Shown here: piece after piece, positions 1 to 9,382 of the stretch | Position numbering within the stretch: the first letter of the stretch is position 1 | Layout of the letters: each line of letters opens with the position of its first letter | Source: an uncultured bacterium | Lineage (GTDB): Bacteria > Verrucomicrobiota > Lentisphaeria > Victivallales > UBA1829 | NCBI GenBank assembly: GCA_949297765.1 | Contig: CASFTV010000007.1 | Span: 47,260-111,259 of the forward strand | Length of the DNA: 64,000 bases | Reading direction: 5' to 3' | Notes under the pieces: generated by a model | Databases searched by the model: none | The model's input: the letters and a program-made list of their open reading frames with translations, nothing else | Told to the model about the DNA's origin: nothing | Translations under genes and position numbers: made by a program

Positions 1-120
1 CGGATTGTGACACCAGATGCATTTCAGGGGACATCCCTTGAAAAAGAAGGTCGTCCGGATGCCGGGACCGTCGTGAACCGCGAAGTGTTTCGGATCCAGC
101 AGAATACCGCTCACAGGCAT
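1..120 (-). CDS. Glycyl-radical enzyme activating enzyme (radical SAM), N-terminal 40 codons; continues off the left edge
   Basis: Reverse translation of 120..1 gives [46 protein letters not shown] plus the CPLKCIWC (CxxxCxxC) cluster is typical of GRE activases. AGGAGA lies in the 14-nt gap after the GRE stop. Not in the ORF track because there is no stop in the window. Confidence 0.85.
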   Translation of the reverse strand, partial: MPVSGILLDPKHFAVHDGPGIRTTFFFKGCPLKCIWCHNP

Positions 121-134
121 AGAGAATCTCTCCT

Positions 135-2351
135 TTACTCCGCAATGCTGCGGGCACGTTCGATATAGGCGTTCTGTTCTTTTTCGCAGAGGTCGTTGAA
201 CCGGACATTCCATCCGCAGACACGCACCTGAAGACCCTCGTAGTTTTCCGGATGCTTCTGAGCGTCTTCGAGGACCTGCGCGTCAAAGATGTTGAAATGG
301 ATCGCCATGCCGTGACGATCCATGTAGGTCCGGACCAGTGAACGCATGGCGTCCAGGCCCTCGCGTCCCTGAACGGTGGCGGGATGCATCATCACGTCGA
401 GCGGGAAATCGCCGGGGAGATCGGCGCTGTCGATGGCGCATACGGACTGGATCAGTGCGGTCACGCCGTTGCGGTCCGCGCCCATCGCCGGAGAGAGGTT
501 CTTGGACATTTCATCGCCGGCGCGCCGGCCGTCAGGAGTCGCGCCGGTCCGCTCGCCGAAGATGACGAACATTCGTGCGGAGTGTCCGGAGGCCTCGTAG
601 AATCCGCCCCGCGCGTTCGGGCGAAGATTGATTTTGGAACCGAAAAAGTGAGCCAGAGCGAACGCATAGCGATCGACCGCGTCGATTCCGTTCCCGTAGC
701 GGTCGGGTGAATGGAGAATGCGGAGACGGAGTTTTTCCGCGCCCTCCCAGTTTCTGCGGAGAATGTCACGAAATTCCAGGAGGGTGAGTTCGTGTCGTTC
801 AAACACGAATTTGCGGACCGCCGTCAGCGCATCCACCGCGCTCCCGAATCCGCCGCTGAGAATGGAGGTGTTGTTGTAGACACTGCCGTTGGAAAACGCA
901 TCCCGCGCCGTCTTCAGGCTGTTTTCGATGGTGATGGAAAAGAGCGAAGCGGGATTGATCCGGTGAAGGTGCGGTTCAAAGTCGTCGGCGCAGGCAATCT
1001 CGGTTTCGATGATGTTGTCGAGATAGGTCAGATACGCCCGATAAAACTCGTCGAACGAGCGGATCTCCTCCAGGCGCGGCGCGCCGCAGTCGCAGCGGCA
1101 GGAGGTGACGGGATCGGCTCCGTCGTTGAAAATCAGTTCGACCGGCTTGAGAAAATTGATATACCCCGGTCCGGTGGTATTGCCGTGAGCGCGAGGTGAG
1201 AATTCGTAACATCCCCGGATGTCGCAGCAGCGGGCCTCCTCCTCGGAATAACCAAGTCCCATCATCGCCCGGCGGATGGACTCTTCCGACACGAATACCA
1301 GACTGCTGTTGCCCCGGCGGATCATGTCAAGCGCCTTGTTCAGGAATTCGACAGGGGTGTTCCGCGCGGTCTTGATCTGGATTTTCGGAGTCGGAATCGA
1401 GAGTTTGTCGAACACGTCGAGGATCAGGAAGGAGAGATCGTTGATCTCCGTGGATCCGTCCGCCTTTGTCCCGCCGAGATAGAACGGCTGTCCCCAGTAG
1501 TTGTTGATGGACGCCCACTGCATCAGGAAGCAGGCGAAAAATCTGCGGATCTGCTCTTCCGTAAAGCGCCCTTCCCGCAGATCACGCTCATAAAAGGGAC
1601 CGATCATGCGGTCGAGATTCCCGAGGGAACGGACCTGCATCCGGTCAATGTGTTCGCAGAACATGAACTGCAGATAGATGATCTGCAAAACCTCATAGGT
1701 ATTGCGCGGCGCGCCGGTGCGGAGCTGTTCCAGACAGTCGATTTCCATCCGGATCCGCGGATCGTCTCCATGACGGGACCGGGCATAGTCGATGAAACGC
1801 CCGATGCACTCCAGAACGGCGGAAATGGTGATCTCCAGACCGTCGAAGTATGCGCGGGCCTCGTCGGTCAGAGTTCCGCTGCGGACCCGTTCCGAACGGT
1901 ATGCGCGTGCGCGGTCCCGCAGTCCGGGAAATCCGAGAGAGAGAATCGCCTCCCAGTCCGGCACGGAATGGTCGAAATCCTTCCACATGCTGTGAAAGCC
2001 GGCAACATTGCGTTCATGAATCCGTTCGAGCGTCGTTTTTCGCAGCTGCTGACGGTTGACTTCATCCTCCCATTTCCGGATCAGAGGCGTCAGCGGCCGG
2101 TCGTCCCGGCAGTAGCACCCGAAGGCGGGGAACACATCGTGCGGATTCACGTCGATCTGCATTCTGCGGCAGACATATTCAAAGCAGCGCGCCTTCACCA
2201 CCGGACGCGCCTCCCCTTCCAGCGATTCCGCCAGCGCCATGACGCCGGATTTCACCGCTTCGTTTTCCAGACCGACTCCCGGTTCAAAAAACGGATGCCG
2301 GAATTTTTCCGTCAAATACTTTCTGTCCTCTTCAAATCCCGTATAGATCAT
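135..2351 (-). CDS. Glycyl radical enzyme, PFL2/dehydratase-lyase type, substrate unknown
   Basis: Track ORF 135..2732 trimmed to the ATG at 2351 ([12 protein letters not shown]...). C-terminal glycine loop is [15 protein letters not shown]. Cys loop is [10 protein letters not shown], with Glu at +2 from the Cys. The activase gene lies immediately downstream. Confidence 0.85.
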   Translation of the reverse strand: MIYTGFEEDRKYLTEKFRHPFFEPGVGLENEAVKSGVMALAESLEGEARPVVKARCFEYVCRRMQIDVNPHDVFPAFGCYCRDDRPLTPLIRKWEDEVNRQQLRKTTLERIHERNVAGFHSMWKDFDHSVPDWEAILSLGFPGLRDRARAYRSERVRSGTLTDEARAYFDGLEITISAVLECIGRFIDYARSRHGDDPRIRMEIDCLEQLRTGAPRNTYEVLQIIYLQFMFCEHIDRMQVRSLGNLDRMIGPFYERDLREGRFTEEQIRRFFACFLMQWASINNYWGQPFYLGGTKADGSTEINDLSFLILDVFDKLSIPTPKIQIKTARNTPVEFLNKALDMIRRGNSSLVFVSEESIRRAMMGLGYSEEEARCCDIRGCYEFSPRAHGNTTGPGYINFLKPVELIFNDGADPVTSCRCDCGAPRLEEIRSFDEFYRAYLTYLDNIIETEIACADDFEPHLHRINPASLFSITIENSLKTARDAFSNGSVYNNTSILSGGFGSAVDALTAVRKFVFERHELTLLEFRDILRRNWEGAEKLRLRILHSPDRYGNGIDAVDRYAFALAHFFGSKINLRPNARGGFYEASGHSARMFVIFGERTGATPDGRRAGDEMSKNLSPAMGADRNGVTALIQSVCAIDSADLPGDFPLDVMMHPATVQGREGLDAMRSLVRTYMDRHGMAIHFNIFDAQVLEDAQKHPENYEGLQVRVCGWNVRFNDLCEKEQNAYIERARSIAE

Positions 2352-2498
2352 GCGGCACCTCCCGTTATTTTTTACAACTGAGAAAAGTATACTGCGGAAA
2401 GCGGAAAAATAGAATGCAGAAAAAGTGAAAAAATTTATACTTTTGTGATGGAAATCAAAAAAATCACACTTATATTTTCTTAAAATACAGGGAAAAAC

Positions 2499-3380
2499 AT
2501 GCCAGTCATCAATCACACGGAAACGCTGCGCACAGCCAATTGTCTGGATCTCCGGATTCTCCATTTTGCACGGGGGACCTATCCGGAGGCGACAGGGGCA
2601 CCGCAGGCGCTTCCGCTGAACCGCTTCTTCATGCCGATCTCCAATCCGGACGGAGAGGAATGCACCATCAGCGACGCCAATCTCTCGTATACCCTCCGTC
2701 CCGGCTGCGCCTATTTTATTCCGATCTACCATGCGGCGAAGGTGAAACTGAGTTCAAATCTGCGTTTTCTCTCGATTCAGTTCACGCTGGAGTGGTACGA
2801 AGGAGTGGATCTGTTCTCGCACTGCCGTGCCGTCCGGGAAATCAGGGATTCCCGTTATCTGGAGCGGGCGGAGGAGGCGTTCGAACAGGAGAATCCCTAT
2901 GCGGCGGCCTCTCTGCTGCGGACCGTCACCCAGGATTTCGCGTCCTGCCTGCTCGCGTCGATGGAGAGTTCCGAACTGGATTTCGTCACACGCTTTGCGG
3001 AATTTCTGCCGGAGCTGGACTATATCCGGCAGCATTGCCGGGCCACAACCACCGTCGAAGAACTTGCGGCGGTCCGCGGAACCGCCCGGGAAACCTTTTC
3101 CCGGAAATTCTCGGCGGCCATCGGTGTTTCTCCGAAGCAGTTTCTGACCCGCGCGCTGCTGAACCGGGCGTGCAGTCTTCTTCTGCGCGGCAACCGTCTG
3201 GCACGGGAAGTTGCCTTTGAACTGGGATTTTCCAACGAATTCTATTTTTCCCGCTTCTTCCGGACACACACCGGGCTGCCGCCGCACAAATTCCGGAAAT
3301 TCTATCTGGGAGAAACGGGGCGGAACGACATTCCACTCCCCCGTCAGGAGAGCGGAACGGCTTCGGAACAGTCCGTCTGA
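2499..3380 (+). CDS. AraC family transcriptional regulator
   Basis: C-terminal double HTH: FSRKFSAAIGVSPKQFLTRALLNRACSLL ... GFSNEFYFSRFFRTHTGLPPHKFR. Divergent from the GRE gene. Confidence 0.85.
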   Translation: MPVINHTETLRTANCLDLRILHFARGTYPEATGAPQALPLNRFFMPISNPDGEECTISDANLSYTLRPGCAYFIPIYHAAKVKLSSNLRFLSIQFTLEWYEGVDLFSHCRAVREIRDSRYLERAEEAFEQENPYAAASLLRTVTQDFASCLLASMESSELDFVTRFAEFLPELDYIRQHCRATTTVEELAAVRGTARETFSRKFSAAIGVSPKQFLTRALLNRACSLLLRGNRLAREVAFELGFSNEFYFSRFFRTHTGLPPHKFRKFYLGETGRNDIPLPRQESGTASEQSV

Positions 3381-4210
3381 CCGGGGAACTCCCGGCGGAG
3401 AAATTCCACGGCATCCCCGGAGAGAACCCGGTCCGCCGCACAAAGATTCTCCTCCAGATGCTCCCGGCTGCGGGACATTGCAATGGTCACGACATTTTTC
3501 TGGCTCGTCAGCCAGCAGAGCGCCGTCTGGGAAGGGGTCAGACCGTTTTCCTCCGCGACCTCTTTCAGGCAGTCCGGGATCCTGTCCAGCAGTCCCCCTT
3601 TCTGAAGCGGGCGCCACGCGATCAGCATCACATCGTTCTCCTGACAGTATTTCAGGAGTCCGGACCGTTCCGCCTCCCGCACCTTCAGATTGTAGTGAAC
3701 CTGATTGGCAACGACCTTGGAATCCGCCCATCCCTGCGCATGACGGAACCGTTCGACCGCAAAATTGCTCACGCCGATGGCGCGGATCAGCTTCTCATCG
3801 ACGAGCCGGTTCATGGCGCGCATCGTCTCCCGGAGCGGCACATCCGGATTCACCTGATGGATCAGATAAAGATCCAGATAATCGATTCCGAGACGTTTCA
3901 GCGATCCCTCCGCCGCGCGAAGCACATCATCATAGCGCAGATGACTCTTCCAGACCTTCGATGTCAGAAACAGCGACGCGCGGTCGAATCCCGCGATTGC
4001 CCGTCCGGTCAGCTCCTCCGAAAATCCGCCGGCATACATCTCCGCCGTGTCGATATGGCGGAATCCGAGTTCGATCCCGGCGATGAGGGCGTCAACGGAC
4101 GCGGTTCCGTCGTCGGCCGGATCGCGGCTCTCCCGTCCGCCCATCCGCCACGTCCCGAGGCCGACGGCCGGCATCGAAAAGCCGCACTCCAGCGTTTTTT
4201 CCAGACTCAT
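3344..4210 (-). CDS. Aldo/keto reductase
   Basis: Track ORF trimmed to the ATG at 4210 (MSLEKTLECGFSMPAVGLGTWRMGG). Motifs GLGTW, HIDTAEMY and LDLYLIH. ATGA overlap with the upstream gene's stop. Confidence 0.85.
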   Translation of the reverse strand: MSLEKTLECGFSMPAVGLGTWRMGGRESRDPADDGTASVDALIAGIELGFRHIDTAEMYAGGFSEELTGRAIAGFDRASLFLTSKVWKSHLRYDDVLRAAEGSLKRLGIDYLDLYLIHQVNPDVPLRETMRAMNRLVDEKLIRAIGVSNFAVERFRHAQGWADSKVVANQVHYNLKVREAERSGLLKYCQENDVMLIAWRPLQKGGLLDRIPDCLKEVAEENGLTPSQTALCWLTSQKNVVTIAMSRSREHLEENLCAADRVLSGDAVEFLRREFPGQTDCSEAVPLS

Positions 4211-4797
4211 TTCGGGAATCCGACCGACTGAATGTAAAACACTTCCGATCCCGCCGGCAAATTCAGTTTCCCCGTGAACGAGCGGTCGAAACTCCCGCGC
4301 ACGACGGTTCCGAGTCCGGCGGACGCGCAGTAGAGATAGATGTTCTGGCTGATGTATCCGCAGTCGACCGCACACAGCTCCCTCTTCGGCTGTTTTTTGA
4401 GATCCGCCACATAGACGACCGTCATCGGCGCCTTTCCGGTGACCCGGCCGGTGATGTTCTCTCCCGAAACGCGGATCAGCCGGTTCCCCTGCGCGTCATA
4501 GCGGAAGATCCCCGAGGGCAGCAGCACATAAAGCGAAATTTCCTGCAGATTCCGGGCGGTCGGCGCAGTCATTCGTCCGTCGGGACGGTTGACGCCGCTC
4601 GCGGCCCAGAGAAGATTGGAAACGGTCTGCATCGGAATCTCCCGTTCCGAGTACGCCCGGATGGTTTTCCGTTGTTCCAGCGCCTGCATCAGCGGGATTC
4701 CGCCTTTCCGGTCCGGAGCGGGCAGCTGGATGTTCTCCGCGGCGACAAGCGGACCTGCGGCAAACGATGCGGTGAGAAGAAGAGCGAGTTTTTTCAT
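4207..4797 (-). CDS. Nitroreductase-family flavoprotein with N-terminal signal-like peptide
   Basis: MKKLALLLTASFAAGPLVAAEN hydrophobic leader. Nitroreductase-like segments RKTIRAYSEREIP and LLWAASGVN. Family call is from recognition only. Confidence 0.7.
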   Translation of the reverse strand: MKKLALLLTASFAAGPLVAAENIQLPAPDRKGGIPLMQALEQRKTIRAYSEREIPMQTVSNLLWAASGVNRPDGRMTAPTARNLQEISLYVLLPSGIFRYDAQGNRLIRVSGENITGRVTGKAPMTVVYVADLKKQPKRELCAVDCGYISQNIYLYCASAGLGTVVRGSFDRSFTGKLNLPAGSEVFYIQSVGFPK

Positions 4798-4884
4798 GTC
4801 GGGCCTCCCTGATTCATTCGGATTGCGGGAAGCATCCGGCCGGACCTTCCCTTCCGCGCAATATACTGTAAAAAAACGGAAAAG

Positions 4885-5811
4885 TCAAATTTTTCCGTCG
4901 CGCGGACCGTTATAAGGCTCCAGATGAACGACTACGTCCTTCACATCGGGCATGGCGTCCAGAATCGCCCGGCGCACGCGGTGGGAGAGCGCATGTCCGT
5001 TGCGGACGCTCATTTCCGGATCCACCATCACATGCAGATCCGCCAGCACGGCGGTTCCCGCGCGCCGGCACCGGACCGCGTGAACACTTTCCACCCCCGG
5101 AACTGCGCTGGCCGCCGCCCGGATCTCCTGATTTTTCCCGACCATGCCCGCATCCGAAAGTTCAAACAGGGTCGGCTTCACGATCTTCCATGCCGCGTGC
5201 AGAATGAACAGCGAAACAAGAATTGCCCCCAGCGGATCGACAAACCGGAGCGCCGGGAAAAACGAGGCCAGCGCAATCGCAATCGCGGCGGGAATCGAAC
5301 TGAATGCGTCGCTGCGGTGGTGCCATGCGTTCGCCTCCATCGCCGGAGAATTGATCCGCAGCGCCTCCGCGCGTGTCCAGCGGAACAGCCACTCCTTGGA
5401 GACGATGGAAATCACGGCGATCAGAAACGCGGGAAGTTCCGGCCGCTGCTCCGTTCCGCCGCGAAGGGTCGTAACCGCATCGCAGGTCAGCCCGACCGCA
5501 ACCACAACAAGCGCAAGACCGATGAACGCCGAGACCAGCGTCTCGATTCTTCCATGCCCATACGGATGGGTCTCATCCGGCGGGGCCGACCAGTACTTCA
5601 CACCGAAAATGACCGCAAGATCAGTTGCCAGATCGGAGAGACTGTGGACCGCATCCGCAAGCAGAGCCTGACTTCGGAACAGAATTCCCCCCGCCGCCTT
5701 CAGAAACGTCAGAAACAGATTGAACAGAAGTCCGACAAACGTCACTTTCCGGACCCGTCCCGCATCCACCGTCCCCCGGACGGCGTCCGGCTCTTTTCCG
5801 CTCGTACTCAT
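4885..5811 (-). CDS. Cation diffusion facilitator (CDF) family metal efflux transporter
   Basis: Trimmed to the ATG at 5811 (MSTSGKEPD). TM-rich with HSLSDLATD and HHRSDAFSS metal-site motifs and a C-terminal cytoplasmic domain. Confidence 0.85.
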   Translation of the reverse strand: MSTSGKEPDAVRGTVDAGRVRKVTFVGLLFNLFLTFLKAAGGILFRSQALLADAVHSLSDLATDLAVIFGVKYWSAPPDETHPYGHGRIETLVSAFIGLALVVVAVGLTCDAVTTLRGGTEQRPELPAFLIAVISIVSKEWLFRWTRAEALRINSPAMEANAWHHRSDAFSSIPAAIAIALASFFPALRFVDPLGAILVSLFILHAAWKIVKPTLFELSDAGMVGKNQEIRAAASAVPGVESVHAVRCRRAGTAVLADLHVMVDPEMSVRNGHALSHRVRRAILDAMPDVKDVVVHLEPYNGPRDGKI

Positions 5812-5815
5812 GGAA

Positions 5816-6682
5816 TCAGTCTTCGTCGGATTCAAAACGGCTCGTCCAGAACGGCGGCAGCACAAACGCCGCCTTGTGAACCGCCATGGAATACATCTTC
5901 AGACGGCGGACAAACGCTCCGATCGGACGCCGGAACGGAACATCCACCCGGTGATCGTCGCAGCCGATGCAGAATCCGAGCGAGCCGCCCGGATAACTCG
6001 GAATCGAACATGCGTAATATCCGCTGTATGCGAAAAGTTCGCGGAAAATCCGGCACTGGGTCTCCGTCACCGCCGGATGCAGAAGATACGATTCCGACTG
6101 TGAAACCAGAATGCCGCCCGGGCGCAGCGCGCGTTTGCAGTCCAGCAGAAATGCTTCCGTGAACAGAGCTTCGCCGGGGCCGATCGGATCGGGACCGTCC
6201 ACCAGCACCAGATCGTAGCTTGCCGCATGGCTCTTCACGAACAGGGCGCCGTCCTGAAAATGCAGCTCCACCCGCGGATCGTCCAGCGCCTTCCCGGTCC
6301 ACGGGAAAAAGCGGACACACTGATTCACGACCTCTTCATCCAGTTCGCACAGATCAATCTGCTCGATGCAGGAGTGCTTCAGCAGTTCCCGGACCACGCC
6401 GCCGTCCCCTCCCCCGATCACAAGAACCTTCTCCGGTTCCTCGTGGGTGAACGCCGGAACATGCGCAAACATCTCATGATAAATAAACTCATCCGATTCC
6501 GCCAGCTGGATTTTTCCATCCAGCGCAAGCATTTTTCCGAATCCCTCGCCCCGGAAGATTTCAAGGAGCTGATACTCGGTCTCCTCGGATGCGAGCACCT
6601 CCTGAATGCGGACGGACAGCGCACGGCCCGGCCACAGCGGACACTCCTCGGTAAAATACCCCTCCTTGAACACGTCGCTCAT
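5816..6682 (-). CDS. speE: Spermidine synthase (polyamine aminopropyltransferase)
   Basis: VLVIGGGDGGVVRELLKH and VDGPDPIGPGEALF motifs. Directly downstream of the AdoMetDC gene. Confidence 0.9.
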   Translation of the reverse strand: MSDVFKEGYFTEECPLWPGRALSVRIQEVLASEETEYQLLEIFRGEGFGKMLALDGKIQLAESDEFIYHEMFAHVPAFTHEEPEKVLVIGGGDGGVVRELLKHSCIEQIDLCELDEEVVNQCVRFFPWTGKALDDPRVELHFQDGALFVKSHAASYDLVLVDGPDPIGPGEALFTEAFLLDCKRALRPGGILVSQSESYLLHPAVTETQCRIFRELFAYSGYYACSIPSYPGGSLGFCIGCDDHRVDVPFRRPIGAFVRRLKMYSMAVHKAAFVLPPFWTSRFESDED

Positions 6683-6696
6683 GAATATCTCCCCTG

Positions 6697-7488
6697 TCAG
6701 GACATCCGGAACGCCGGATGGATTTTGTAGGATTTTGCTTCAAACACTTCCAGCGCTGCCGTCGCACAGCTTCTTGGATCCGCGTAGCGCTTGCAAAACA
6801 GGTCAATGTGGACGGAACGCGAACACTTGTCCCGCCGGACCACAATGGAGGAATCCATATTGAACACGGAATGCACGGTGATGTTGCCGTGGTCGAATGT
6901 TTTGAACTCGCATCCCTCCTTCTGGCAGTGCATGACGTCCGCCAGAGCGGAAATGCACTGTTCCGACGCCCCATCCGCTTCATTTCCGCATCCGGAAAGA
7001 TCAATCGCGCAGAAAATCCCGTACGGCTGAACCTCGATATACAGTTTCTCCAGATCCCCCGATCCCGTGGACGGCGCATGCCCTTCCGCGACTCTTGCGG
7101 TATAGTTGAATCCCGTTCCCCTCCACATATCGGAGGAGATCTGCGCCTCCTGCGCATGGAGAAGTTTTTTCAGCCGCTCAATTCCCCGGTAGGGCGAAAT
7201 GGAATCTCCGCAGGTGAACACGTCCACCGCGGCATAGTCGTATTCCGGCCAGGTGTGAATTGAGAAGTGGGATTCGGAAATAATCACGAATCCGCTCACG
7301 CCCTGCGGTGCAAAGTAGTGAAAGGAGGATTCGATGATGTGGGCGCCGGAGACCTTCGCGGCCTCCAGAAGCGCGGCTTCCACCACTTTGGAATCCGCTA
7401 TGAGGGCGGCATCGCATCCGGAAAGCTCCACCGTGATGTGTCTGCCCAATGCGAAAACGCTGCTCGTCATTTCCGCCCTCTCCTGCAT
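6697..7488 (-). CDS. speD: S-adenosylmethionine decarboxylase proenzyme, two-domain (tandem) form
   Basis: The N-terminal half carries the class-1 self-processing motif GFVIISESHFSIHTWPE and AAVDVFTCG. The C-terminal half repeats the fold pattern (IDLSGCG ... ITVHSVFNMDSS ... VHIDLFC) but lacks the ES-H motif. Confidence 0.8.
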   Translation of the reverse strand: MQERAEMTSSVFALGRHITVELSGCDAALIADSKVVEAALLEAAKVSGAHIIESSFHYFAPQGVSGFVIISESHFSIHTWPEYDYAAVDVFTCGDSISPYRGIERLKKLLHAQEAQISSDMWRGTGFNYTARVAEGHAPSTGSGDLEKLYIEVQPYGIFCAIDLSGCGNEADGASEQCISALADVMHCQKEGCEFKTFDHGNITVHSVFNMDSSIVVRRDKCSRSVHIDLFCKRYADPRSCATAALEVFEAKSYKIHPAFRMS

Positions 7489-7498
7489 GTGAACATTT

Positions 7499-9154
7499 TC
7501 ACCGGTCCTGCGTCTGCTGCGCCATGTAGTTGCGGGTGTTCATCAGAATCCAGGTCTGGAACGCATTGTAGATGGCATACTGCTTGCCCTGTTTATAACT
7601 TTCGGACAGCGTGGCCTGGTTCTTCCGGACCGCTTCAGCATCCGGCGCAGTACGGGAAACGACAAACACCATGAATACGCCGTCGGGCAGCTCCATTGAG
7701 CGGGAAAGTTTTCCGGTTTCCGTTCCCGAAACCAGGCTCATGATGACCTGAGCGTTCTCTTTCGGCGGCTCCATCTGCGAAAACAGCGGCAGGGTCTTCA
7801 CCACCGCGCCTTTCGCCAGACCGGAAAGGGCCTTTGCGGGATCGGCGGACTTGTTCATTTCCAGAGCGAACGCGCGGGCCTTCTCCTGCGCCGCGGCAAG
7901 CGCCTTGTTGTTCAGATAGGTCTCACGGACTTTTGCGGCGACCGCCTTGTACTCGGACGGCACGGAAGGTTTCTTTTCCGAAAGAACCGCCACAAACACC
8001 GCGCGTTCGCCCTCCACCGACCGGGTGATCGGCGAACGTTCCGGCAGAGCGGCAACCGCCTCCACAAGACGCGGCTCACGACCGACATTGTCCATACCGG
8101 AATCCTGAGCGGTGAACCATCCGCTCTCCACCACCGGGATCTTCCGGCCTTCGGCCTGAGCGAGGAACGCTCCCGCATAGGCGGAAGGAGCGAGTTCCGC
8201 GGTAGCCTCGTAGAGAGCCTCCCGGAAATCGCGGCCCGCCTTCCGTGCGAGCTTCACAGCTTCTTCCTTCCGGAGCTTTTCGGTGATCTGTTTCTGAACG
8301 GAGGCAAACGGCGTGGTCTTTCCATCCTTGGTGAATTCCGCCTTGCTGGCGTCGTAGTATTTCTTCGCGGCGTCGGGCGCGAGTTTGACCTTGTCCATAT
8401 AGTCGGCATAGTTGAAGCGGACCACTTTCACCTTGAACTGCGGATCGGTCATGAACAGTTTCGGATTGGCTTTGTGGAAATTCTGCAGTTCCTCTTCGGT
8501 CGGTTTCAGCTGTTTTTTAGCGGCCTCGTACGGGAAGAGAATGGTTTTGACGCTGCAGCGCTCCAGCACGCTCCGTTCAAAATCGGCAATTTCATTTTCC
8601 GTGACAATCACATCGTTGACCGCGGAGTTCCCGAGCGAAAAAATGGTCAGCAGATTCCGGACCGCGTTATCAAGGTCCAGCGCGTTGTATCCGAGCGGCT
8701 GGAGCATCTCCTTTTCATATTTCTGATACTTTTCCAGACTGAACTTCCCGTCCGCCCCGGCGAAGGAGGGAAGCGAGCGCAGATATTCGCCGACGCGCTC
8801 CACGGAGACCGTCACGCCCATCTGTTTTGCGACCGACAGCAGCACCGCCTTCTGGAACGCCTCTTCCAGCGCCTGCTCGTCCAGGCCGTTCATCACGGGG
8901 CTGACGCCGTAATTGGCCGCCATAATCAGCATATTGTCCTTGACCATCTCCATCAGTTCGCCGCGGGTGATCTCCCGGTCGAACACGGTTCCCACCACGG
9001 CGTTCGGAGACATCGGATTCGTTCCGAACAGGATGTTCCCGCTCGCCCCCGGCGTGAAAAACCAGACAAACGAAATAATGATGATGGCGGTGAATGCGCC
9101 AAACATGATGCGGCTGTGCTTCAGCAGCACATTGTTCATTTTTGAAATGACCAT
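7499..9154 (-). CDS. PpiD/SurA-N-like periplasmic chaperone, membrane anchored
   Basis: Single N-terminal TM (FGAFTAIIIISFVWFF) followed by a long helical SurA_N/PpiD-like region. I could not see a parvulin signature. Confidence 0.55.
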   Translation of the reverse strand: MVISKMNNVLLKHSRIMFGAFTAIIIISFVWFFTPGASGNILFGTNPMSPNAVVGTVFDREITRGELMEMVKDNMLIMAANYGVSPVMNGLDEQALEEAFQKAVLLSVAKQMGVTVSVERVGEYLRSLPSFAGADGKFSLEKYQKYEKEMLQPLGYNALDLDNAVRNLLTIFSLGNSAVNDVIVTENEIADFERSVLERCSVKTILFPYEAAKKQLKPTEEELQNFHKANPKLFMTDPQFKVKVVRFNYADYMDKVKLAPDAAKKYYDASKAEFTKDGKTTPFASVQKQITEKLRKEEAVKLARKAGRDFREALYEATAELAPSAYAGAFLAQAEGRKIPVVESGWFTAQDSGMDNVGREPRLVEAVAALPERSPITRSVEGERAVFVAVLSEKKPSVPSEYKAVAAKVRETYLNNKALAAAQEKARAFALEMNKSADPAKALSGLAKGAVVKTLPLFSQMEPPKENAQVIMSLVSGTETGKLSRSMELPDGVFMVFVVSRTAPDAEAVRKNQATLSESYKQGKQYAIYNAFQTWILMNTRNYMAQQTQDR

Positions 9155-9311
9155 GAGCGTTCCTTATTTTTATCTGATCCTGCGTTCCAATAGAAGTTTG
9201 ATAATCTAATCCGTCTTTCCCGTTTCTGCAAGCCGGTTTCCGAAAAAGTCCCGGAATTCTTCTTTTTTTCCCTCCGTTTTATTTTTTTAGAAATTTATTG
9301 CTAAACAGGGG

Positions 9312-9340
9312 TTGACTTTTTCCCGATGATGTTGCATAAT
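9312..9340 (+). promoter_or_regulatory. Putative sigma70-type promoter for the GH-LacI-pilin operon
   Basis: TTGACT (9312-9317), a 17-nt spacer, then CATAAT (9335-9340). Followed by two ATTAAT palindromes 6 bp apart, a possible operator. Confidence 0.4.
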
Positions 9341-9382
9341 TAATATAGCAATTAATTTCTAAAACAGCAAAAGCGAGGTTTT

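Noticed and set aside
338-2381. Cluster of short Arg-rich ORFs (338..565, 376..600, 384..710, 711..1199, 1650..2381 and others) inside the GRE gene.
   Set aside because: All are nested within, or antisense to, a gene with clear GRE motifs. None has an SD or a recognisable domain.
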